A stretch of 54,250 nucleotides of DNA from a virus (lineage: Duplodnaviria; Caudoviricetes): positions 1 through 54,250 of IMG/VR virus record IMGVR_UViG_3300033485_000018, one strand, 5' to 3'. A model generated the notes under the pieces. That model was not told the DNA's origin, made no database searches, and worked only from the letters and a program-made list of their open reading frames with translations. A program made the translations under genes and the position numbers. Shown here in pieces: positions 44,561-54,250 of the stretch (within the stretch, counting starts at the first letter, position 1; each line of letters begins with the position of its first letter).

Positions 44561-45637
44561 ATGGTAGCAATAGCTCCAATGCGTGGACCATGGCGGCTAG
44601 AGCAGCTTGATGCTGCACCACGTTTACCGTTGCGATGCGTCTCAACCTTTAGCGGGGCCGGTGGATCGAGCATGGGATATCGTTTGGCCGGTATCGATGT
44701 CGTCGCGGCAGTGGAGATTGATGCAAGAATGGCGGATTGCTACGAAGCAAACCTAGGCGAGGGAAAGGTGGTGCGGTTGCCTGTGGGGGAGGTTGCGCAA
44801 TGGGACGCTGATCGACTTGCGCAACGCTTCGGGGTCGTCGACATCTTGGATGGATCGCCGCCGTGTTCGGTATTTTCCTTGTCTGGCGATCGCCAAAAGA
44901 AGTGGGGCGCAGAATTCCATTTCGCAGAAGGACAAGCCAAGCAACGCCTTGATCTTTTGTTCTTTGACTTCATCGCGCTAGCAAAAGCGCTGCGGCCGCG
45001 GGTTGTTGTTGGTGAGAATGTCGTGGGGCTACTCAACGGGAAGGCTCGGGGTTTTGTGGTTGAAATTGTCGCAGCTTTCTCGGATGCAGGGTATGACACT
45101 CAAGCGTTCGTTTTAGACGCCGCTGCAATGGGGGTTCCGCAAAGGCGCCGGCGCGTTTTTTTCATCGCACGACGACGCGATCTGGATATGGCTTCGATTG
45201 CTTTGGATTTCGACGAACCGCCGATCGCGTCGCAAGATGCCTTGAGCGGTTGTGTTTGCTTGCCTGATGAAAAACTGCATTGGTTGACGCCGAGATTCCA
45301 AGACCTGTGGAGCCGAACGCGCTTGGGTGGAAATTTCGGGGATGGTTATATTGGCTCGCGAAAAGGTAGCTACATAGGGCGTCGCTCGTGTTTCAATATT
45401 TTCCGGCTCGACTCGGCGAAGCCGGCAAACACGGTGACAACGACACACATTGCCCATTGGAGCGAGCCGCGGTTTCTGCACTCGCGGGAGATTTGCCGAT
45501 TGCAGACTTTCCCTGATGACTATGCCTTCGGTGCTTTGCGTGCGCAATACGGTGCAGGGATGAGTGTGCCACCACAAATGTCTCGACGGCTTGGGTTGGC
45601 TTTGGCGGATTGGCTAGACGCAGCGCCGCAGACGTAG
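44561..45637 (+). CDS. DNA (cytosine-5) methyltransferase
   Basis: FSGAGG, GSPPC, ENV, PQRRRR and RLQTFPDD motifs. Confidence 0.92.
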   Translation: MVAIAPMRGPWRLEQLDAAPRLPLRCVSTFSGAGGSSMGYRLAGIDVVAAVEIDARMADCYEANLGEGKVVRLPVGEVAQWDADRLAQRFGVVDILDGSPPCSVFSLSGDRQKKWGAEFHFAEGQAKQRLDLLFFDFIALAKALRPRVVVGENVVGLLNGKARGFVVEIVAAFSDAGYDTQAFVLDAAAMGVPQRRRRVFFIARRRDLDMASIALDFDEPPIASQDALSGCVCLPDEKLHWLTPRFQDLWSRTRLGGNFGDGYIGSRKGSYIGRRSCFNIFRLDSAKPANTVTTTHIAHWSEPRFLHSREICRLQTFPDDYAFGALRAQYGAGMSVPPQMSRRLGLALADWLDAAPQT

Positions 45638-45650
45638 CAGGATAGAAAGC

Positions 45651-46247
45651 GTGGTCGTGCGAAGCAGCAACATCCCTCCGTCCGCCCTCGAGCCCGAGCG
45701 CCCCTGGGAGCGGCAACGCGCCGAGCCCGATTGCGCGTGGGAAGGCTTTGTCGCCTACCGCGAGCTTGGGCCGGGGCATCGCTCGTTATCCGCAGCCGCG
45801 GCGAAGATGGGCAAGAAATCGTCGACGCTCGAGCGCTGGTCGCGCAATTGGGATTGGGTGGCGCGTTGCCACGCCTACGATGTTTGGGTCGACCGCGAGA
45901 CTAAGCTCGCCGAGATCACGGCCATCAAAGACATGCGCCGTCGGCATATCGAATTCGCGATGAGCTTCCAAGGCGCTGCGGCGCTAGCCTTGAACAAGAT
46001 CATCGCGGCGGAGAAGGCGCGCACCGAAGATGGGAAGCCCGGGCCGCTCACGCTCAAACCGACCGAGGTCAAAGAGCTCGCCGAGCTGGGGCTCAGGCTC
46101 GAGCGGTTGAACCGTGGTGAGCCCAGCGAGATCGAGAAGCTCACAATCGACGCCCCGCCGGCTTCGGTGCTGGACTACTCCGCGCTGAGCATGGAAGAGC
46201 TGCGCACCTTGCGTGCGCTGACGCTCAAAGCACGCGGCGGGTTGTAG
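45651..46247 (+). CDS. Terminase small subunit
   Basis: PWERQ..F..YRELG..RSL HTH, WSRNWDWVAR; directly upstream of TerL. Confidence 0.7.
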   Translation: MVVRSSNIPPSALEPERPWERQRAEPDCAWEGFVAYRELGPGHRSLSAAAAKMGKKSSTLERWSRNWDWVARCHAYDVWVDRETKLAEITAIKDMRRRHIEFAMSFQGAAALALNKIIAAEKARTEDGKPGPLTLKPTEVKELAELGLRLERLNRGEPSEIEKLTIDAPPASVLDYSALSMEELRTLRALTLKARGGL

Positions 46248-46248
46248 G

Positions 46249-47826
46249 GTGGGTCGGCGGCCAAAAGAGCGGCCACCGAAGCAGCCGCACCACAAGCAAC
46301 GCTTAGACCTCGTCGACGCGCTCGAGCTCGAGCGCGAGATCATCAAGCGCAGTTTTCGTGATTTCATCCCGCAAGCGTTCGAGATCATGGAGGGCGGTGA
46401 TGCGCACGCCTCTCTCGTGCGGCGCGGTCTGCGCCCGCCCAAGTTCGTATCGGGGTGGCATATCGACGCCATCGCCGATCACTTGCAGGCCGTCGCACAG
46501 GGCGAGATGCCGCGGTTGCTGATCAACATCCCGCCCGGTACGATGAAGTCGGTGCTGGCGTGCGTGCTCTGGCCAGCTTGGCTCTGGGGCTGCGACCCCA
46601 CCCAGCGCTTCCTGTTCTCGAGTTACTCGGAAGAATTCACCAAGCGCGACGCGCGGCGCACCAAGGCGCTGCTTTCGAGCGCCTGGTATCAAGCGCTCTT
46701 CCCCGGCACGCGGTTGGCTGCGACACCCGATACGGCAATGGAGCACCACACCACCGCAGGGGGGGAGCGCCACGGGGCGTCGACCAACAGCGGTGTCACA
46801 GGGAAGCACGTTCACGGCATCGTCGAAGACGATCCGCTCAAGATGCAAGACGCTTCGAGCAAGTGTGCTCGCGACGAGGCGTGGGATTACCGCACGCAGG
46901 CGCTGGGCTTCCGGTTGCTGCCCGAGAATAGCTGGCGCGTGGTCATCATGCAGCGCCTACACGAAGACGATCCAAGCGGTCGCATCCTGTCGCGCGGCGG
47001 GCGCGATGATGAAGAGGCTGAGCTTCGGGATTCCTACGTGCATCTCTGCTTGCCTATGGAATACGAACCGGAGCGGCGTTGCGTGACCAAGCTCTTCGCT
47101 GACCCGCGCACCGAAGCTGGCGAGCTGCTCTGGCCGCAACGGATGAACGCGAAGTTCGTGCAAGAGAAAAAGAGCCCGCAAGGGTTGGGGGAATACGGCT
47201 ACGCAGGCCAGGGGCAGCAACGCCCCGCACCGGCCGAGGGTGGTATCATCAAGCGCGCTTGGCTTCGCTACTGGCTCGAGTACCCGGAGGATCTCGAGTT
47301 CATCATTCAGTCGTGGGACTTCCCCGTCAAGAAGACCGGCAAGAGCTTCGCGGTGGGCTTCGTGTTCGGGTTCAAGGCGCCCAACACCTACTTGCTCGAT
47401 CGCTTCCGCGCGCACACCGGCTTCGCCGACATGCTCGCGGCCGCGCGGCGCATGAACGAGAACTGGCCGGACTGCCGCGAGAAGCTGATTGAAGACAAGG
47501 CGAGCGGCTCCGATGTGATCGAGACGGTGCGCGAAGAGATCCCTGGCATCGTGCCCGTCACGCCTGTGGGGTCGAAGGAAGAGCGGCTCGTCGCGGTTTC
47601 CTACATCATCGAGGCTGGCAATCTGTTCGTGCCCCATCCGAGCATCGCGCCGTGGGTCCATGAGGTGATCGACGAATGGTGTACCTTCCCGAATGCGACC
47701 AACGACGATCAGGTGGACACTCTTTCCCAAGCGCTCAAAAGGTTGTACGGTCACAAGCGACCTAAGAAACCTTCGCCGCTTCGCCTCGGGGGCGCGGGGG
47801 AACGCACGAGCCCATGGGAGATGTGA
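46249..47826 (+). CDS. terL: Terminase large subunit
   Basis: INIPPGTMKS Walker A, DDP, IMQRLHEDD, QSWD, IEDKASG and DDQVD motifs. Confidence 0.92.
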   Translation: MGRRPKERPPKQPHHKQRLDLVDALELEREIIKRSFRDFIPQAFEIMEGGDAHASLVRRGLRPPKFVSGWHIDAIADHLQAVAQGEMPRLLINIPPGTMKSVLACVLWPAWLWGCDPTQRFLFSSYSEEFTKRDARRTKALLSSAWYQALFPGTRLAATPDTAMEHHTTAGGERHGASTNSGVTGKHVHGIVEDDPLKMQDASSKCARDEAWDYRTQALGFRLLPENSWRVVIMQRLHEDDPSGRILSRGGRDDEEAELRDSYVHLCLPMEYEPERRCVTKLFADPRTEAGELLWPQRMNAKFVQEKKSPQGLGEYGYAGQGQQRPAPAEGGIIKRAWLRYWLEYPEDLEFIIQSWDFPVKKTGKSFAVGFVFGFKAPNTYLLDRFRAHTGFADMLAAARRMNENWPDCREKLIEDKASGSDVIETVREEIPGIVPVTPVGSKEERLVAVSYIIEAGNLFVPHPSIAPWVHEVIDEWCTFPNATNDDQVDTLSQALKRLYGHKRPKKPSPLRLGGAGERTSPWEM

Positions 47827-49193
47827 TGACGGAGCACGCACGCCTTGATCTGAACATCATCGGGACCACAGGCCTCAAGCAATACGGGGGCACGATCTAC
47901 GAAGAGTTCTTGACGCGGCTGCAAGGCAAGCGCGGGGTCGCCACGTTCCGCGAGATGCGGGACAACTCTTCGACGATCGGCGCCATCGCCTTCGTCATCG
48001 ACACGCTCTTGAGTCAAGCCGAGTGGCGCGTCGAGCCGGCGGGTGACACACCCGAAGCGCGTGAGCAGGCCGCGTTCGTTGACGGCTGCTTCGAGGATAT
48101 GAGCCACACCTTCGAGGAGCTGTTGCTCGAGATCCTCTCGATGTTGACCTATGGGTGGGCCTATTTCGAGTTGGTCTACAAGATGCGACAAGGTCCTGAC
48201 GCAACGGACCCGTCGCGGCGCAGCAAGTTCGACGATGGTAAGATCGGCTGGCGGAAGATGCCGCTGCGGTCCCAAGATACGCTCGATCGCTGGGAGCTCG
48301 ATCCCCAAGACAATGGCGTGCGCGGCCTGTGGCAGTTCGACCCCACGGCCGTCAAGGGGAGCCTGTTCTTCATCCCGATCGAGAAGGCGCTGCTCTTTCG
48401 GGCCGCGGGGGCAAAGAGCAACCCAGAAGGTCGCTCGATCTACCGCAACGCTGTGGTCGATTACCACTACCTCAAGCGTATTTCACAGATTGAGGCCGTG
48501 GGCATCGAGCGCGACATGACCGGCTTGCTGACCATGGAGGTCCCGACCGAGATCTTGATGGCCGAGGCGGGCACGACGGAACGGCAGATCCGTACTGAGC
48601 TCGAGCGCATGTTGGCGGGGCTCAAGCGCGATGAGCGCGAATTCGCCATGGTGCCCGCTGAGCTCGACGCCGACAACAAGCCGACCGGTTACAAGCTGAA
48701 GCTCTTGGCAACCGGTGGGCGCCGGCAGCTCGACACCAACGAGACGGTTATGCGCTACATCCGCACGATCCTGACCAGCGTGCTGGCCGAGTTCTTGGTG
48801 CTCGGCGCCAATAGCGTGGGGTCGTTCGCGCTCGCTTCGTCGAAAACCAAGCTCTTCTCGGCTGCGCTCGGTGCGATCATGGGATCGATCGCGTCGATCT
48901 TCAATCGCTTCGCTATCCCGCGCCTGATGCACTTGAACGGGGTGAAGCCCGCGCTCTACCCGCAGCTCGTCCACGGCGATATCGAGAGCCCGCCGCTCGA
49001 AGAGGTCGCGGCCTACATCACAGCGCTGGCGACCGCCGGTATGCTGACGCCGAACAAGCCGCTCGAGCGGAAGCTGCTCGAGATCGGCAAGCTCCCCGTG
49101 CCCGCGGTGGACGATGACGATACCGCGCTCCCCGGGGAAACGGATGATGAGCAAGATGAGCCCGAAGAGGATGACGCGGGCGCGGTGGCCTGA
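47826..49193 (+). CDS. Portal protein (DUF935-like)
   Basis: NPEGRSIYR, GIERD..G, GSFALA motifs; follows TerL. Confidence 0.85.
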   Translation: MTEHARLDLNIIGTTGLKQYGGTIYEEFLTRLQGKRGVATFREMRDNSSTIGAIAFVIDTLLSQAEWRVEPAGDTPEAREQAAFVDGCFEDMSHTFEELLLEILSMLTYGWAYFELVYKMRQGPDATDPSRRSKFDDGKIGWRKMPLRSQDTLDRWELDPQDNGVRGLWQFDPTAVKGSLFFIPIEKALLFRAAGAKSNPEGRSIYRNAVVDYHYLKRISQIEAVGIERDMTGLLTMEVPTEILMAEAGTTERQIRTELERMLAGLKRDEREFAMVPAELDADNKPTGYKLKLLATGGRRQLDTNETVMRYIRTILTSVLAEFLVLGANSVGSFALASSKTKLFSAALGAIMGSIASIFNRFAIPRLMHLNGVKPALYPQLVHGDIESPPLEEVAAYITALATAGMLTPNKPLERKLLEIGKLPVPAVDDDDTALPGETDDEQDEPEEDDAGAVA

Positions 49194-50137
49194 TGCCCTT
49201 CGTGGCGATTCGCAAGGCGCGGCCAGAGTGGCAAGACACGCGCCCCGCAGATCCCGCGCTGCGGGACGCCTACGCGATCGCAGGGCGCAACGTCGGCGCG
49301 TTCTCAACCGCCTTTGCTGCTACGGTGCGCAGCCTGGTGACGCCTGCGGTCTTGCGCGCGGTGCGGCAGAAGATCGCAGCCGGGGGGCGCGCCGAAGAGA
49401 TCGTCGACCTACTCCCATGGTTCAACGAAGCGCAGCCCGAGAGCGTAACCGCCTGGGAGAAGCTCGGCGAGAAGCTCACGGCAGCCTATGCCAAAGTGAT
49501 CCGTGAGTCCGGTGCAAGCGCGGCGCAGGAGCTGACGGCGAAGGCCAAGCGCACCGTGCCTGTCGTGCCGGTCAACCCCGCCGCAGTGCGGTGGGCTAAA
49601 GAGCGCGGCGCGAAGCTCGTGCGCGAGACCAGCACCGAATCGAAGCGCATCGTGCGGAACGTCGTGGCGCGAGAGATGGCGCGCGGTGTGCGGGCCGAGC
49701 GCATGGTCGCCGTTATCACGCGCACCGTCGGGTTGCTCGAGCGCGAAGAGGCCGCCGTCGATCGGCGGCATCGGCTCTTGCTCGATCAGGGAGTCAGCGA
49801 CGATCGCGCAGACAAGCTGTCGGATAAATACGCCGATCAGCTCTTGCGCCAACGCGGGCGGCGCATCGCACGCACCGAAACGATCGCGGCGCAAAACCAA
49901 GGGTTGCTGTTCGCGTGGCTCGATGCGCGTGATGCGGGGCAATTGCCGGCGGTTGAGCGCGAGTGGTCGGCTTCCCCGCCGAGCCCCCGCACCTGCGCGA
50001 TCTGTCTCGAGCTCGACGGGACCACTACGGGGCTCGATGAGCCTTTCGAGTCGGCGATCCTAGGTGAGGCTGTGATGATGCCGCCCGCGCATCCGTCGTG
50101 TCGATGCACGGTCAAGCTGCGGCGAAAACAGGAGTAG
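49193..50137 (+). CDS. Head morphogenesis protein (Mu gpF / SPP1 gp7-like)
   Basis: RIARTE, TCAIC..LDG and PPAHPSCRC motifs. Confidence 0.85.
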   Translation: MPFVAIRKARPEWQDTRPADPALRDAYAIAGRNVGAFSTAFAATVRSLVTPAVLRAVRQKIAAGGRAEEIVDLLPWFNEAQPESVTAWEKLGEKLTAAYAKVIRESGASAAQELTAKAKRTVPVVPVNPAAVRWAKERGAKLVRETSTESKRIVRNVVAREMARGVRAERMVAVITRTVGLLEREEAAVDRRHRLLLDQGVSDDRADKLSDKYADQLLRQRGRRIARTETIAAQNQGLLFAWLDARDAGQLPAVEREWSASPPSPRTCAICLELDGTTTGLDEPFESAILGEAVMMPPAHPSCRCTVKLRRKQE

Positions 50138-50141
50138 GGTG

Positions 50142-52829
50142 ATGGCTGAGCGAAAACTGAGCCGGGAATACCTCGAGGAAGCTCTTAAGCTCGCGCGGGA
50201 GCATCTCCCTACGTGGGCGTGGGCAATGCTGCACGCGCAAGCGCGCCCGCGCTCTGGTGGGCGCGCTCGCGCCCGCGCGGACGGCCCAAGTGAGCTCGAG
50301 AAGCTGGCGTTGCCCATGCTCATGGCGGGAGATGCTCCCGCGCGCGCGTTGTCCGATGACGCGCTGCGCGCCGCTTGGTTGCGCGTAAGCGCGTGGCTCA
50401 CCAGCGCGCAGCGGCGCAAAGAGCCCGTCGAAGATTTCGTCAATGCGGGGGTGTGGCTCGCGGAGGAAATGGATCGGCGCGGCTTGGATGTGGCCGAGAA
50501 CAACCTGCTCCACGCGGTCGCCGAGCTCGGTGAGGTCAGCAAGAAGCTGACTGAGAAACAGCAAGCGGCTTTCGATCGTGAGACCGAGCAGATCCGGGAA
50601 AACAAGCGCAAGCCGGTCGCGCAGGCGGCGCACCCGTTCAAAGCCGCGGAGTGGACGCACCCAAACGGGCACCCGCGCTGTCTGGTCTGCGGCGACGAAG
50701 AGCCCGTGGGCGGGATGTGCGAAGGTGTGGCGCCTGTGCAGAAGCGCGGCGGCTTCGAGGAGCTCGCCGCGTGGGTCGATGGACGCTGGCCGGTGGGCAT
50801 CGTGCCGACCACGCTCTACCCGGAGCCACACCAGATTTGCGCGGAGAGTCCCGCGGCCAAGAGCTTCGCGCAGGCTCTCGCGGGGTTGCCGGAAGGGGCA
50901 AATCTCCACGGGGGATGGCGCCCGGATGGGCGGCGCGGCACTTTCGTTGCGCGCGATTTAGTCACCGACGTGGTCGAGGTGCCTTTCTCTGAGCGGCGCG
51001 CAGCGCTTGAGACTTTTTTTGCCAAGCAGGTGACCGGAACGGAAGGGATAGAGCTCGCGCCGCTTCGGTGGGCGCACAACGCGGAAGAGGCCGAGCAGGC
51101 CGCGCGGCTGTTCTTCGTCGACGCGGCGCAGGGTGTGGACGTGTTCCGCGCGCACGCTTTCGCCGACAAAGCCGACAGCTTCCACATTGCGAAGATGACG
51201 AAGACGGTAGCGCCCTGCGGGCCCGTCGGCGCGCCTGTGGCCTTCGTGACGGCGGCCCCCTCGCGGGTGGAGGGTGCGCTTGGTAGGTTGATCGTTGGTG
51301 AGACCTTCAGCACCTTCGCGAAGCAGTACCTGGCGCCCCTTGGTGTGGCCCGCGAGCAGGTCGCGCTGCTGAGCGCGGTGCCCGAGGTGCTGGTCGATGC
51401 GGTCGGCAAATCGCGCGAGCCGGCCCCCGAGGATCTCGTGCTCTGGCGCGGTTGGTTGCTGTCGGAGTTGGATCGCTTGGCGCCGCGCACCGTCGTTGCA
51501 CTAGGCCGCACCGCGGCCGAGGCGCTGGGCAAGCGCGCGAACTTCGTGCTGCCCCACCCAAGCGCGGTGGCGCGTTATGGGAACTCTCGAGAGGTGCCGC
51601 GCAAGATGCGCAGGATCGCCAAGAGCCTGCGCGCGCTGCCGCTCGCTAAGGTGCTCGACGAAGGCGACGAGACGCAGGCCGAGCGCGCCGATGCGGAGTG
51701 GCGCCGAACGTGGGTGGAGCAGCTCCCCCCGAGCGGCACCGGGCGCTTCGTCTACCAGCACCATTGGCGCGGCTTGGATGATCCCGAGCGCGAGCTATCG
51801 GACGCGCAGCTCCTCGAGACTGATCACAGCCTGCACGGGGATCTGCGCTTCGAAGGCGCCGACGATCGCTTGTTCGGGTGGTCCATCCTGCTCGGCGAGA
51901 CTTCCGCTAACCGCAGCTCGCGGGGCGATCGCTTGGTCGCGGGTGACGCGGAGAACGTGCGCCTGGTCTCGAAGCTCCCGCAGCCCGCCGCGTGGCTCGA
52001 TGTTGGGCGCGGCGAGCCCTTCGTGGTCGCGCCTGGCGGTGCCGGTGCGACAGCCAACACGAGCGCAAAGCTCTTCGCCATCGACGCGGGTACCTACTCG
52101 ATCGGCGTGGTGCGTGAGCATGCCGTTGAGATTTTCCTTGACGGGAAGCACCTGCGCGGGAGATACATGATCTCGTCAGTGCCGACTGAGACTGGCACTC
52201 GGGTTTGGCTGATTCAAAAGCCCTCCGAGCAAAAGCCGATCGCAGCGACGCGCGAGGTGGCCGATGTAGTTCGCCAAGCGAAACGGGATGGGGCCCAATA
52301 CTTAGTATGGGGCCAACCCGGGGCCAGACCGCGGCGCATCAATGTCCAGACCGAGCAGGTCGAGAAGACCGCGGTCGTGCCGATCCTAAAGGCGGACGAA
52401 GAAAAGCAGATCGTCTATGGGGTCGTTTTGGATCCCTACCAGATCGACGCGCACAACGACTGGATCTCACCCGCAGAGATCGAGAACACGGCCCACGGGT
52501 GGCTACAACGCTCACCGGTGGTGAGCTTGAACCATCAAGGGCCGTCGCAATCGAAAGCGGTTGAGAGCTGGATCGAACAGTACCCGCCGGGCGAGTACAG
52601 CAAGGCGATGGCCGGCAAGCCGCATCGCGCGTATAGGCGCAAGTTCGGGCGCGATACGATCCATTCGGGCGCGTGGCTCCTGGGTACAAGGCTGAGCGAT
52701 GCCGAGTGGCAAGCATACAAGCGCGGCGAGCTGCAAGCGTACAGCATCGAAGGGTTCGGGATGCGCACACCGATGAAACCGGGCGACATGCCGAAAGTGA
52801 CCTTCGTGGATTTGGTCGAGAAGGGCTGA
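50142..52829 (+). CDS. Multidomain prohead protease (XkdF-like) with ligase-, UDG- and LigD-PE-like domains
   Basis: C-terminal KQIVYGVVLDP..DAHND..H..YSIEG; internal UDG-like VVALGRTA..PHPS; GRFVYQHH..HGDLRFE. Confidence 0.8.
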   Translation: MAERKLSREYLEEALKLAREHLPTWAWAMLHAQARPRSGGRARARADGPSELEKLALPMLMAGDAPARALSDDALRAAWLRVSAWLTSAQRRKEPVEDFVNAGVWLAEEMDRRGLDVAENNLLHAVAELGEVSKKLTEKQQAAFDRETEQIRENKRKPVAQAAHPFKAAEWTHPNGHPRCLVCGDEEPVGGMCEGVAPVQKRGGFEELAAWVDGRWPVGIVPTTLYPEPHQICAESPAAKSFAQALAGLPEGANLHGGWRPDGRRGTFVARDLVTDVVEVPFSERRAALETFFAKQVTGTEGIELAPLRWAHNAEEAEQAARLFFVDAAQGVDVFRAHAFADKADSFHIAKMTKTVAPCGPVGAPVAFVTAAPSRVEGALGRLIVGETFSTFAKQYLAPLGVAREQVALLSAVPEVLVDAVGKSREPAPEDLVLWRGWLLSELDRLAPRTVVALGRTAAEALGKRANFVLPHPSAVARYGNSREVPRKMRRIAKSLRALPLAKVLDEGDETQAERADAEWRRTWVEQLPPSGTGRFVYQHHWRGLDDPERELSDAQLLETDHSLHGDLRFEGADDRLFGWSILLGETSANRSSRGDRLVAGDAENVRLVSKLPQPAAWLDVGRGEPFVVAPGGAGATANTSAKLFAIDAGTYSIGVVREHAVEIFLDGKHLRGRYMISSVPTETGTRVWLIQKPSEQKPIAATREVADVVRQAKRDGAQYLVWGQPGARPRRINVQTEQVEKTAVVPILKADEEKQIVYGVVLDPYQIDAHNDWISPAEIENTAHGWLQRSPVVSLNHQGPSQSKAVESWIEQYPPGEYSKAMAGKPHRAYRRKFGRDTIHSGAWLLGTRLSDAEWQAYKRGELQAYSIEGFGMRTPMKPGDMPKVTFVDLVEKG

Positions 52830-52832
52830 GCG

Positions 52833-53684
52833 ATGGCGCAAGCAAGAAACCTGGGCAAGCTCGAGACGCTCGGCGTGAGTTTGGTCAAGAACGGCGCGAA
52901 CCGTAAACGGTTTGCGATCACCAAGGCGGAGACCATGGACGCAGAAGCGATCGAAGTGCTGAAGGCAATTCTGGAAGAGACCGAGCTCACCGATGAGGCC
53001 GCGCTCGACGCCGTGCTCAAGGCGAAGCTCGGCGAGAAGCAGGCGAACGCCGTCAAGGGCGCCATGCGGCTGCTCAATGCGTTCAAAGACGACGCCGCCG
53101 TTAAGGCGTTGCTGGACCACATGACCGAGCTCGTGGGCACCCCCAGCTCGGCGGACAAGAACAAGCCCGAGAAGGGCGAGGAGACCCCCATGGACAAGAA
53201 CAAGGTTACCAAGATCTGCGACCTGAGCGCCTACGCGGCGTCGGTGCAGAAGGCGCTCGAGAACGTGCCCGAGGAGCAACGCGCCATGTTCGGTGGCGTG
53301 CTCCAAGCAATTTGGAAGGAAGCCGACGATCGCGCCAAGCAAGCCGACGAGAAGGTGGCGAAGGCTGAAGAGCGCGCTACCAATACCGAAGAGATCCTCA
53401 AGGCCGAGCGCGACAATCGCTTGACCAAAGAGTTCATCAGCAAGGCCGAGCGCGACTTCGCTTCGATCCCCGGCAAGGCCGAGGAGCTCGGCCCCGTTCT
53501 CAAGGCTCTGAACGATCTCGATCCGAAGCTCTGCGAACAGATCCAAGGCGTGCTCAAGGGCGCCAACGACCTGCTCAAAGAGAGCAAGGCGTTCTCCGAG
53601 CTGGGCCGCAGCGGCTCCGCGGGGCTGAACGGTGGCACGGCATGGGAAGCCATGCAGAAGGCAGCGCAGGCCGCAGCGCAATAG
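52833..53684 (+). CDS. Scaffolding protein
   Basis: VSLVKNGANRKRF start, then charged helical sequence; between protease and capsid. Confidence 0.7.
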   Translation: MAQARNLGKLETLGVSLVKNGANRKRFAITKAETMDAEAIEVLKAILEETELTDEAALDAVLKAKLGEKQANAVKGAMRLLNAFKDDAAVKALLDHMTELVGTPSSADKNKPEKGEETPMDKNKVTKICDLSAYAASVQKALENVPEEQRAMFGGVLQAIWKEADDRAKQADEKVAKAEERATNTEEILKAERDNRLTKEFISKAERDFASIPGKAEELGPVLKALNDLDPKLCEQIQGVLKGANDLLKESKAFSELGRSGSAGLNGGTAWEAMQKAAQAAAQ

Positions 53685-53755
53685 CGTAGCGGCGGGCTAG
53701 CACAAGCGATTGACGAGAACATTGGCGCGGTACGATCCGCGCGGGAGAAAAGGTC

Positions 53756-54124
53756 ATGGCGTTTGAGATCCCTTGCTTCAAGGTTTCCGAGGTGGCCGCT
53801 GCCGATCTGTCGGCCGCGCAATACAAGCTCGTGAAGGAAACATCCACGGGCGTCAACGTCTGTGGCGCTGGCGAGGCCGCTACCTGCGGCGTACTCCAGA
53901 ACAAGCCGACGGCCGGGCAGACCGCCGAGCTGATGGTCAGCGGCGTGACCAAGGTGCTCGCCGGGGCCGCCACCGCAAAGGGCTTGAACGTCACGCCCGA
54001 TGCGACCGCGCGAGTCGTTGCCGCGGGCACGGGCGATTACATCGCCGGCACGCTCATGGAAGCCGCGGCTGCCGCCGGGGATATCGTGACCCTCCTGATC
54101 AACCCACAAGGCCGCTCGGCCTAA
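53756..54124 (+). CDS. Capsid decoration/cement protein (DUF2190-like)
   Basis: AAADLSAAQYKLVK, GVLQNKP..G and EAAAAAGDIV motifs. Confidence 0.75.
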   Translation: MAFEIPCFKVSEVAAADLSAAQYKLVKETSTGVNVCGAGEAATCGVLQNKPTAGQTAELMVSGVTKVLAGAATAKGLNVTPDATARVVAAGTGDYIAGTLMEAAAAAGDIVTLLINPQGRSA

Positions 54125-54250
54125 GCACGAGGCCGCAGGCCTTCGAGGAGCAGAGACCATGACCGTTCAAAGCATCAAGAAGCACCGCGAGCCTTGGATG
54201 CTCGGGAGCAATTTCCTCGAGCAGATCGAGAAGGCGGAGAACCTGAGCGA
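54124..54250. repeat. Terminal direct repeat, copy 2
   Basis: Identical to positions 1-127. Confidence 0.95.

Noticed and set aside
52512-54160. Long antisense ORFs (52512-53681, 53231-54160 and similar elsewhere)
   Set aside because: Shadow frames of real genes in GC-rich DNA with no recognisable motifs.
54124-54250. Biological terminal repeat
   Set aside because: Exactly 127 nt and cuts into the capsid gene; best explained as k-mer overlap of a circular contig.
1-54250. Genome-wide stop-codon reassignment, integrase/repressor, tRNA genes
   Set aside because: Genes are intact under the standard code and TAG ends many tightly packed genes; no recombinase motifs or tRNA cloverleaf noticed by eye.

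Overview
The window is an apparently complete, circularly permuted tailed-phage genome of about 54,123 bp. The last 127 nt repeat the first 127 nt, most likely an assembly overlap. It is GC-rich and encodes a contractile tail (sheath, tube, baseplate). The + strand arm (43988 to end, then 1-22576) carries a ParB-like protein, C5 methylase, terminases, portal, head, tail, fibers and lysis genes. The - strand arm (43185 down to 22651) carries primase-helicase, Dam methylase, PD-(D/E)XK nuclease, SF2 helicase, PolA, dTMP kinase, RuvC and many small genes. I found no integrase, repressor, reverse transcriptase or canonical CRISPR array. The best candidate system is a stand-alone Cas7/RAMP-like gene (23262-23843, -) followed immediately by a phased 23-unit GGY-NN pentamer array (23145-23259), a probable RNA-guided protein/guide pair of the VIPR type. 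Other notable items: two hammerhead ribozymes and a second duplicated hairpin element between early genes; a prohead protease fused to ligase-, UDG- and LigD-phosphoesterase-like domains with recurrent [VIL]xK[ASG] motifs; one CBM5/12-like module inserted into three tail proteins; a shared N-terminal motif on two fibers; and two candidate -1 frameshifts. All assignments come from reading motifs and gene order by eye; no searches were run.
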